Of a DNA stretch of 64,000 nt, positions 19,717 to 27,766 are shown in pieces. The stretch comes from Eubacteriales bacterium (GTDB taxonomy: Bacteria > Bacillota > Clostridia > Oscillospirales > CAG-272). Made by a program: the position numbers and the translations under genes. The notes under the pieces are model-generated. The model was given only the letters and a program-made list of their open reading frames with translations. It searched no databases and had not been told where the DNA came from. The stretch is from assembly GCA_045658565.1 (NCBI GenBank), contig JAZOVF010000030.1, positions 72,893 through 136,892 on the forward strand, read 5' to 3'. Position 1 is the first letter of the stretch. Every line of letters starts with the position of its first letter.

Positions 19717-19829
19717 TTGTAAATCCTTTCGAAATGCAAACAAAATGTAATCATAACATAATTATAATACATTTAAACACCATTTGCGTATAATATAAAT
19801 CACATTTTGTACAATAAAATATTCAAAGT

Positions 19830-20597
19830 TCAAGTAGTAAAAATCTTAACCCCAAGTTCACGTAAGGCATCAAGCTCCTTTTTGTTTTCAGAAGGGTTTG
19901 TAACCAAAACATCGGTCTTTGATACATCTGTAATTCTAGCAAAAACTCCCTTACCAATCTTTGTGCTATCAGCGACAACAATTGTTTTAGAAGAGGATTC
20001 AATCATTTTTCTAGCAAGCGGTGCTTCGTTTGAATAATAGAGAGTAAGCCCTGCATCTGCGCTTATACCGTCAACCGAAAGAATGCATTTTGCCGCATGG
20101 TAGTTTTCAAGCTGACGCTCGGCATCGGTACCGTGAGTAAACTGATACTTTGAGTCAAGCTCGCCGCCAAGCAAAATTACATTAAATGAAGGGTAGAGAG
20201 CTGCCTCGGTAGCGTTTTGTACAGAGTTTGTAACAAGATTTATATTCTTCTTATTTCTTATCGCTCTGAGAACATAGGTAAGTGTAGTTCCCGCGTTCAT
20301 AAAAATAGTGTCGTTATCGTCTATAAACTCACTTGCAAGCTCCGCAAGAGTCTTTTTTGCACCGGAGTTTGTCAGATACCTCTCACTAAGATCCATGTCG
20401 ATATAAAGCTTATTAAGACCGACAGCACCTCCGTGAACACGTCTTAATTGACCCTGAGCCTCAAGAGCCTCAAGATCCTTGCGTATTGTTACCTCGGATG
20501 TACTGTACTGCTCGCTTAGCTCAGAAACCTTGACCTTGCCGTTTTCATGAATCAAGGCGGCAATTCTTGCTCGCCTGTCCTCGGTTGTAAGCTGCAT
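19830..20597 (-). CDS. DeoR-family transcriptional regulator
   Basis: N-terminal DeoR HTH (VSELSEQYSTSEVTIRKDLEAL) plus a DeoR C-terminal sensor domain. Divergent from the kinase operon. Confidence 0.9.
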   Translation of the reverse strand: MQLTTEDRRARIAALIHENGKVKVSELSEQYSTSEVTIRKDLEALEAQGQLRRVHGGAVGLNKLYIDMDLSERYLTNSGAKKTLAELASEFIDDNDTIFMNAGTTLTYVLRAIRNKKNINLVTNSVQNATEAALYPSFNVILLGGELDSKYQFTHGTDAERQLENYHAAKCILSVDGISADAGLTLYYSNEAPLARKMIESSSKTIVVADSTKIGKGVFARITDVSKTDVLVTNPSENKKELDALRELGVKIFTT

Positions 20598-20699
20598 ATC
20601 CTACCCCCTACACAATTTTATACTCATATTATACCATACTTTGAAGAAAAAGGCAAGAGGCAAACATAAAGTATTTTGTTCATTATTTATAATATACTA

Positions 20700-20728
20700 T
20701 TGACTTTTTTGAATAGATGTGGTATTAT
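20700..20728 (+). promoter_or_regulatory. sigma-A type promoter of the kinase operon
   Basis: TTGACT, 17 nt, TATTAT. It is followed by AAACGAAA and TTTCGGAA direct repeats (20751-20805) that may be operator sites. Confidence 0.5.
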
Positions 20729-20809
20729 ATAAGTAAGAAAATCAAATGTCAAACGAAAGCAAAACGAAACTTCGGAATTTCATTTTTGTCTTTCGGAAGC
20801 AGGAGGAAT

Positions 20810-22234
20810 ATGGCACAAATTAAGAAATATCTTGGAATTGATATTGGTACAACGTCAATGAAGGCGGCCGTTTTTGACAAAGACGGAAACAGGCTTGCTC
20901 TGAGAAACGTTGATTACACGCTTGATACAGATGCCACCACCGGCTTTATTGAATTTGAAGCAACAAAGTATGTTGATATGTGTAAAAAGGTTATTGACGA
21001 GCTGACAGAGGAGTGCGGACAGATAGCCGCATTATCCATTGACACTCAGGGCGAGACTATAATCTTTACCGATGAAAACGGAAATCCTCTTTATCCCGCA
21101 ATTGTCTGGCTTGATAACCGAGCTGTGGATGAAGCAGATGCTATTAAGGCAAAATTCGGAAACGAGCTTGTCTATAATGTAACAGGACAGCCCGAAATTA
21201 CCGCAGGCTGGCCTGCATCTAAGGTTTTGTGGATGAAAAACCACAAGCCCGAGATCTTCTCTAAGATTAAGAAAATATTCATGCTTGAGGACTATATTCT
21301 CTATAGTCTTTCTGGCAACTTTGTAACAGAGCCTACAATCCAGTCATCGACAATTTATTACGATGTGGTAAACGGCGGCTGGTGGCAGGATATGCTTGAT
21401 TTTGTAGGCATTGAAGCATCTCAGCTTCCCCAGGTTGTTAAATCCGCATCATGCGTAGGCGAATACAAGGGTATTAAGGTTGTCAGCGGTATGCTTGACC
21501 AGATAGCAGGAACTCTCGGAGCCGGTGTTTCAGATGAAACAAGAATAAGCGAAATGACAGGAACTATTATGGCTATCTGTGTAATGACAGACAAAATGCC
21601 AAAGTACAACCCCGAAAGCATTATTCCTTGTCACTTACACGCAGTCGATGGCAAATATTGTCTTATTCTCTGGTCATCCACCGCAGGAATGGCTCTTAAG
21701 TGGTTTAAGAACAATTTTGCAGAGGATATGTCCTTCAGAGAGCTTGACGAGCTGGCAGAAAAAATTGCTCCCGGCTCAGACGGACTTACAATGCTTCCTT
21801 ATTTCACAGGCTCAACAATGCCTAAATACAACCCCGAAGCAAGAGCATCCTTCTCGGGCCTTAATCTTTCTCATACACGCGCTCATTTTGCAAGAGCAAT
21901 AATGGAGGCTATCGCCTTTACATTAAAGCAGAATTTGGAGTATGTCGGAGAGGAAGCAATTAAAGAAATTCGTATAACCGGCGGCGGTGCATCAAGCCCC
22001 CTTTGGTCAACTATCAAGTCTGATGTTACAGGAAAGGTGCTTAAAACCCTTTCCGAGAGCGAAACTGCTTGTCTCGGCTCGGCGCTTGCGGCTGCGGTTG
22101 GTATTGGAGATTTCACCTCGCTTAAAGAGGCTGTTGACTCTGTTGTTAAGGTTAAACGGACATACGAGCCAACCGGTGCAGATTACACCAAGGCTTACGA
22201 GGCATACTGCAATCTAGACAAACTCTTGAATTAA
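20810..22234 (+). CDS. FGGY-family carbohydrate kinase (xylulokinase-like)
   Basis: N-terminal LGIDIGTTSMKA and C-terminal ITGGGASS motifs. The start is moved to MAQIKK behind an AGGAGG RBS. Confidence 0.85.
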   Translation: MAQIKKYLGIDIGTTSMKAAVFDKDGNRLALRNVDYTLDTDATTGFIEFEATKYVDMCKKVIDELTEECGQIAALSIDTQGETIIFTDENGNPLYPAIVWLDNRAVDEADAIKAKFGNELVYNVTGQPEITAGWPASKVLWMKNHKPEIFSKIKKIFMLEDYILYSLSGNFVTEPTIQSSTIYYDVVNGGWWQDMLDFVGIEASQLPQVVKSASCVGEYKGIKVVSGMLDQIAGTLGAGVSDETRISEMTGTIMAICVMTDKMPKYNPESIIPCHLHAVDGKYCLILWSSTAGMALKWFKNNFAEDMSFRELDELAEKIAPGSDGLTMLPYFTGSTMPKYNPEARASFSGLNLSHTRAHFARAIMEAIAFTLKQNLEYVGEEAIKEIRITGGGASSPLWSTIKSDVTGKVLKTLSESETACLGSALAAAVGIGDFTSLKEAVDSVVKVKRTYEPTGADYTKAYEAYCNLDKLLN

Positions 22235-22294
22235 GCTGTTAATTCAAGGTAGAAAATGTTTTTAAAATAAATTTACATAGAAAGGCGAAAAAAG

Positions 22295-22999
22295 ATGTTA
22301 AAAAATTACAAAATCAAAGCACCTTATTTTGAAATTGGCCCCAAGTGCTTTATGTGGGGCGAGAGAATGCTCAAGCTTGCTAAAGCGGTTGACAAAATCG
22401 CAATAAAGTATGACCTTGACGTTATTCTCACTCCTCAGTACACCGACATCAGGCTCCTCGCAGAGAACACAGAGAGAGTTCACATTTATGCTCAGCATAT
22501 GGATGCTCTTGTTCCCGGACGCGGACTTGGCTCGGTTCTTCCCGAGGCGGTTAAAGAGGCGGGCGCGGTTGGCGTTATGCTTAACCATGCTGAAAAGAAG
22601 CTTACTCTTGATGAAATCAAGGCAACTATCGCAAGAGCAGATGAGGTTGGTCTTGCTACAATAGTTTGCGCTGACTCTGTTGAGGAGATAAAGCAGGTTG
22701 CTCTTCTTGCTCCTAACCTTATTGTTGCAGAGCCTACCGAGCTTATCGGTACAGGTGTTGCAAGCGATATGGGTTATGTAAGAGACACTATCGCTGCAGT
22801 TCGCGCTATCAACCCCGATATTATGGTTCTTCAAGGAGCAGGAATTTCAGGTCCCGACGATGTTGCAAACGTAATCAGAGCAGGTGCTCAGGCTACAGGA
22901 TGCACCAGCGGTGTTATGAAGGCTGCCGACCCCGAGGCTGCTGCTGAAGAGATGCTTTATACTCTCCGTAAGACCTGGGATGAGGTGAACGGCAAGTAA
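22295..22999 (+). CDS. triose-phosphate isomerase family protein (short, archaeal-type)
   Basis: 234 aa. LNHAEKK (cf. the NHSE motif) and AEPTELIGTG (cf. EPPELIGTG). Confidence 0.65.
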   Translation: MLKNYKIKAPYFEIGPKCFMWGERMLKLAKAVDKIAIKYDLDVILTPQYTDIRLLAENTERVHIYAQHMDALVPGRGLGSVLPEAVKEAGAVGVMLNHAEKKLTLDEIKATIARADEVGLATIVCADSVEEIKQVALLAPNLIVAEPTELIGTGVASDMGYVRDTIAAVRAINPDIMVLQGAGISGPDDVANVIRAGAQATGCTSGVMKAADPEAAAEEMLYTLRKTWDEVNGK

Positions 23000-23592
23000 T
23001 GGAAAACAGTTTGAATTATGCCTTTGACACCTTCCGCATCGAAGCCGAGTCTCTTGCCGAGACTGCAAAGGTTCTTGACAGGGAAGAGGTTAGGCGTGCC
23101 GTTGAGGCACTTGCAAAGGCTGAGAGAATTGCTGCTGCAGGCTGTGGCCACTCGGGTATCGCCTGCCGTCACTTTGCACACCTTATGTGCTGTGCCGAGC
23201 GCCCCGCAAGATTTCTTTCTCCTGCTGAGGCGGTTCACGGCGGTCTCGGTTGTATGAAAAAGGGCGATGTTATGGTTCTTGCATCAAGAGGCGGTAAGAC
23301 CGACGAGCTTATGACCATAATCGACGTTTGCAAGACCAAGGGTGTTACTATTATCGGTGTTACCGAAAATCTTTCGTCTCCTCTTGCTACCGACGCAGAC
23401 ATTGTTCTTGCTATGAAGGTTACAAAGGAGTGTGATAAGTACAACTGCCAGGGAACAACAAGCTTTGCAGTTACCTCTGCAATCTTTGACGCACTTCAGG
23501 CGGCTCTTATCGAGTACACAGGATATCAAAAAATGGACTTTGCCCTTATTCATCCGGGCGGAGCAGTCGGAAAACGACTTAACAACAAGTAA
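22999..23592 (+). CDS. SIS-domain sugar-phosphate isomerase (6-phospho-3-hexuloisomerase-like size)
   Basis: SIS pattern AAGCGHSGIA...VLASRGGKTDEL...GVTIIGVT. The ATG overlaps the upstream stop (TAATG). Confidence 0.8.
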   Translation: MENSLNYAFDTFRIEAESLAETAKVLDREEVRRAVEALAKAERIAAAGCGHSGIACRHFAHLMCCAERPARFLSPAEAVHGGLGCMKKGDVMVLASRGGKTDELMTIIDVCKTKGVTIIGVTENLSSPLATDADIVLAMKVTKECDKYNCQGTTSFAVTSAIFDALQAALIEYTGYQKMDFALIHPGGAVGKRLNNK

Positions 23593-23624
23593 TTAAATTT
23601 TTTATATAAAAGGAGAACAAAAAA

Positions 23625-24251
23625 ATGGAATTTAAGGTTTTTCAAAAGGAAATTGAGCTTCAGTCAAGAGGTTGGATACCCACCTTCCACGACGTAACCA
23701 GTGACATTCTTCACATCGTTGAGGAGTCCGGAATTAAGAACGGTACTGTTTGTATCGCTTCTCACCACACTACCTGCTCCGTAATGGTTCAGGAGTGCTC
23801 TCACGACATCGATTCTTTCGATCTTGAGTACCTTCAGCACGACCTTCTCGACATAATGAGAAAGATGATTCCCGATTTCGCAGAGGAGCATCAGTACCGT
23901 CACCCCGGTCCTATCCACTCTCAGTTCGGCAGATACGTAAACGAGCCCGGTGACTACACCTCTATGAACACCGACGGTCACCTTCGTTCCTGCTTCTTCG
24001 GCAGAAGCGAGACCATGACTATTAAGGACGGCGTTCTTGATGGCGGTGAGTTTGCTCACGTTTACTTCATTGACTGGGACCACGTAAGAGCACGCAGAAG
24101 ACAGCTTAACGTAACCGTTATGGGTACTCCAGAAGCAATCAATGACAGAAAGTATAATGGCGGTGAGGTAGTTGATACTAAGCGTAAGTACACCGCTGAG
24201 GAGAAGGCTTACGACGTTCACTACGAGCTTAACTGGAAAACAGGCAGATAA
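23625..24251 (+). CDS. YjbQ/UPF0047-family protein with insertion and C-terminal extension
   Basis: YjbQ-like segments (VCIASHHTTCSV, NTDGHLRS, GRSETMTIKDGVLDGGEFAHVYF). At 208 aa it is longer than the roughly 140 aa typical of the family. Confidence 0.65.
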   Translation: MEFKVFQKEIELQSRGWIPTFHDVTSDILHIVEESGIKNGTVCIASHHTTCSVMVQECSHDIDSFDLEYLQHDLLDIMRKMIPDFAEEHQYRHPGPIHSQFGRYVNEPGDYTSMNTDGHLRSCFFGRSETMTIKDGVLDGGEFAHVYFIDWDHVRARRRQLNVTVMGTPEAINDRKYNGGEVVDTKRKYTAEEKAYDVHYELNWKTGR

Positions 24252-24280
24252 TTTTAGGCAGATAACGATTTGGGTTAAAA

Positions 24281-24967
24281 ATGAGAATTTTACTTGATAC
24301 AGCAAATCTTGACGATATTCGTTATTTTAATACATACTACCCGATAGAGGGTGTAACCACAAACCCTACAATTCTTGCAAAGGAGGGGGGCGACCCTCTC
24401 GCTACCCTTAAGGCTATCCGCGAGATTATAGGTGAGGATAAGGAGCTTCATGTTCAGGTGACTGAGCGTGATTTTGATAATATAATCGATGAAGCTCGTG
24501 CCATTGTTGATTATCTTGGTATCAACACCTTTGTCAAAATCCCTGTTACCGATATAGGACTCAGAGTTACAAAACATCTTTCCGACAGAGGAATAGGAGT
24601 TACAGTAACTGCTGTTCTTACTGCGGCGCAGGCGATGCTTGCATCAAATGCAGGTGCGTCTTACGTTGCGCCCTACATCAGCCGTTCGGAAAATCTTTGT
24701 GCAGACGGTGTAGGAACCGTTGCGGATATTGCAGAGATTTTTGAGATTTCGGGTACCGATACTCAAATACTTGCAGCCAGCTTCAAGACTGCAAAGGAGG
24801 TTCTTGACGTTGCGGTTGAGGGATGCCATGCGGCAACCATAGGTTCAAGCATTATGAAAATGCTTCTGTCTCACACCACAACCGATACCTCTATTGTAGG
24901 ATTTGAAAATGACTGGAAATCGGCTTTCGGAGACACCACGCTCCTTAAGCTTATCAAAAAGAAATAA
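24281..24967 (+). CDS. fructose-6-phosphate aldolase / transaldolase TalC-FSA family
   Basis: LDTANLDDI, GVTTNPT and FVKIP (Schiff-base Lys) motifs. 228 aa. Confidence 0.85.
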   Translation: MRILLDTANLDDIRYFNTYYPIEGVTTNPTILAKEGGDPLATLKAIREIIGEDKELHVQVTERDFDNIIDEARAIVDYLGINTFVKIPVTDIGLRVTKHLSDRGIGVTVTAVLTAAQAMLASNAGASYVAPYISRSENLCADGVGTVADIAEIFEISGTDTQILAASFKTAKEVLDVAVEGCHAATIGSSIMKMLLSHTTTDTSIVGFENDWKSAFGDTTLLKLIKKK

Positions 24968-24986
24968 TTAAAAAGGAGCTATTTTA

Positions 24987-26315
24987 ATGGCAACATTGGT
25001 AATTATGCCCCGTCAGGGACAAAGCGTTGAAAGCTGCATTATTACCGCTTTTAACAAAAAGGTTGGCGATACCGTTGAAGTAGGTGAGGTTCTTTTCTCC
25101 TACGAAACCGACAAGTCTTCCTTTGATGAGCCTGCTCCCGCGGCAGGTAAAATACTTGCAATTTTCAGAGAAGAGGGCGATGATGTTCCTTGTCTCGAAA
25201 ACGTACTTGTAATTGGAAATGACGGTGAGGATATTTCCGAATTCGCACCTAAAACCGAGGCAGAAGCTGCTCCTGCAGCTGCAGAGGCTGCTCCCGAGGC
25301 TCCAAAGGCTGAGGCTGCACCCGCTGTTGAGGCTGTTGCAACTGCTACCGCAGGCGGCGAGTTTGCTATTTCTCCCAGAGCGAGACTTCTTGCCGAAAAG
25401 ACCCACGCAGACCTTCTTAAGGCTGTTCCCACAGGCCCTAACGGCAGAATAATTGAAAGAGATGTTCAAAAACTCGTAGATATGGGTCTTACCGTTTCTC
25501 CCGCAGCTAAGGACGGTTATGCGTCTGCAGTTGAGGGTAGCGGTATCAGCGGCAAGGTTGTTCTTGCTGACCTTAATGCGCCCAAGGCTGAAGAGGCTGC
25601 GGCTGCTGCAGCTCCTGTGGCAGAATATGAGGATGTTAAGCTTCCCAATATCCGTAAGGTTATTGCAAAGTCCATGCACGCATCTCTCTCTACCATGGCT
25701 CAGCTTACTCTTAACACCTCATTCGATGCTACAAAGCTTCTTGCTCTCAGAGCATCCCTTAAGTCGGGAGCAGAGAAGATGGGTATTGGTAACATTACCC
25801 TTAACGATATGGTACTCTTCGCAGTATCCCGCGTTCTTCTTAACCACAAGGACCTTAACGCACACTACCTTGATGACACCATGAGATATTTCTCTAATGT
25901 TAACCTCGGTGTTGCGGTTGATACTCCTCGCGGACTTATGGTTCCCACCCTCTTTGCGGCTAACAAGATGACTCTTAACGAGATTTCAAAGTCCGCAAAG
26001 GTAGTTATCAATGCGGCTCAGGAGGGAACAATCAATCCCGACCTTCTTAAGGGCGGTTCATTTACTGTAACCAACCTTGGCTCGCTTGGTATCGAGAGCT
26101 TTACTCCCGTTATCAATCCTCCTCAGACCGGTATTCTCGGTGTTGACACTATTACAAAGAGAATTAAGGAAGTAAACGGCGAGGATGTAACCTATCCTGC
26201 AATGGGACTTTCTCTTACATTCGACCACAGAGCTCTTGACGGTGCTCCTGCGGCTAAGTTCTTGAAGGAGCTTGTATTCGCCCTTGAGAACTTTGACCTT
26301 CTTCTTACCAAGTAA
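24987..26315 (+). CDS. dihydrolipoamide acyltransferase (E2)
   Basis: Lipoyl domain with ETDKS, Ala/Pro linkers, a subunit-binding domain, and a catalytic DHRALDG motif. Confidence 0.9.
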   Translation: MATLVIMPRQGQSVESCIITAFNKKVGDTVEVGEVLFSYETDKSSFDEPAPAAGKILAIFREEGDDVPCLENVLVIGNDGEDISEFAPKTEAEAAPAAAEAAPEAPKAEAAPAVEAVATATAGGEFAISPRARLLAEKTHADLLKAVPTGPNGRIIERDVQKLVDMGLTVSPAAKDGYASAVEGSGISGKVVLADLNAPKAEEAAAAAAPVAEYEDVKLPNIRKVIAKSMHASLSTMAQLTLNTSFDATKLLALRASLKSGAEKMGIGNITLNDMVLFAVSRVLLNHKDLNAHYLDDTMRYFSNVNLGVAVDTPRGLMVPTLFAANKMTLNEISKSAKVVINAAQEGTINPDLLKGGSFTVTNLGSLGIESFTPVINPPQTGILGVDTITKRIKEVNGEDVTYPAMGLSLTFDHRALDGAPAAKFLKELVFALENFDLLLTK

Positions 26316-26330
26316 TAGGGAGGCTAAAAA

Positions 26331-27689
26331 ATGTATGATTTAATTATCCTGGGTGGCGGTCCTGCAGGCTACAATGCGGCTGAAAGAGCTGCTCACGGCG
26401 GACTTAAAACCCTTGTAATTGAAGAAAGAGCGCTGGGCGGTGTATGCCTTAACGAGGGATGCATTCCTACCAAGACTCTTCTTTATTCCGCGAAGATTTA
26501 CGACTATGCTAAGCATAGCGCAGACTACGGTGTAACATTCGGCTCTGCATCTATCGACCACAATTTCGTTGTTGAGCGCAAGAACAAGGTTGTAAAGCAG
26601 CTTGTTTCGGGCATCGGCGCAAAGCTTAAAAAAGCAGGGGTTGAGGTTGTAAACGCAACTGCAGCTATCAAAGAAAGAAATGCAGAGGGCTTTGTAGTTA
26701 CCGCTGCCGATAAGGAATATGTTGGTAAGCAGCTTCTTATTTGCACAGGCTCTTCTGCCGCAATTCCTCCTATCGATGGACTTAAGGATTCTCTTGCTTC
26801 CGGCTTTGCTCTTACAAACCGCGAGGTTCTCGACCTTAAGGAAATCCCCAAGACTATCGTTGTAGTTGGAGGCGGCGTTATCGGTCTTGAGATGGCTTCC
26901 TACTTCAATTCCGTAGGCTCAAAGGTTTACGTGCTTGAAATGCTTGACCATATCGCAGGCGCAACCGATGGCGAGATTTCCAAAATGCTCCAGAAGGAGT
27001 ATGCATCCCGCGGTGTTGAGTTTATTCTCGGTGCTAAGGTTACTTCTATAAAGGATAAGGCTGTTTCTTACGAAAAGGATGGCAAGATTTCTAAGCTTGA
27101 TGCTGATTACGCCCTTGTTTCTATCGGCCGCCGTCCCAGAACTCAGGGAATAGGCTGCGAGAACATCGGTCTTAAGCTTGAGCGTGGTGCTATCGTTACC
27201 AACGAGTACGGCAAGACCAATGTACCCGGTGTTTGGGCTGCAGGTGACGTAAACGGCAAGTCTATGCTTGCTCACACCGCATACCGCGAGGGTGAGGTTT
27301 GTATTAACAACATTCTTGGTAAAAAGGATAGAATAAACTACAACTCAATCCCCTCTGTTATTTACGCCAACCCCGAGGTTGCATCTGTTGGTGAAACAGC
27401 AGAATCCTGCAAAGCTAAGGGACTTGATGTTAAGATCGATACCGTAACCCTTAAGTACAGCGGTCGTTATGTTGCTGAAAATGAGCACGGAAACGGTGTT
27501 GTAAAAATCATCACCGACAAGGCTCACAACAACATTATCGGCGTACATATGTACGGCACATACGCATCCGAGATTATCTACGGTGCTGCAATGATGGTTG
27601 AAACCGAAATGCGTGTTACCGATGTACAGAAGCTTGTATTCCCGCACCCCACCGTTTGTGAGGTTATCAGGGAAGCTATGTTTATGTGA
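26331..27689 (+). CDS. lpdA: dihydrolipoyl dehydrogenase (E3)
   Basis: GGGPAGY FAD motif, redox-active CLNEGCIPTK, and a second GGGVIGLE NAD motif. Confidence 0.92.
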   Translation: MYDLIILGGGPAGYNAAERAAHGGLKTLVIEERALGGVCLNEGCIPTKTLLYSAKIYDYAKHSADYGVTFGSASIDHNFVVERKNKVVKQLVSGIGAKLKKAGVEVVNATAAIKERNAEGFVVTAADKEYVGKQLLICTGSSAAIPPIDGLKDSLASGFALTNREVLDLKEIPKTIVVVGGGVIGLEMASYFNSVGSKVYVLEMLDHIAGATDGEISKMLQKEYASRGVEFILGAKVTSIKDKAVSYEKDGKISKLDADYALVSIGRRPRTQGIGCENIGLKLERGAIVTNEYGKTNVPGVWAAGDVNGKSMLAHTAYREGEVCINNILGKKDRINYNSIPSVIYANPEVASVGETAESCKAKGLDVKIDTVTLKYSGRYVAENEHGNGVVKIITDKAHNNIIGVHMYGTYASEIIYGAAMMVETEMRVTDVQKLVFPHPTVCEVIREAMFM

Positions 27690-27766
27690 TAATCATTGTA
27701 TTTTCGTAAGGGAGGGGCTTGCTCCTCCCGCACAAAAATTGAAATCAATAAAGGAGTAAATAAATT

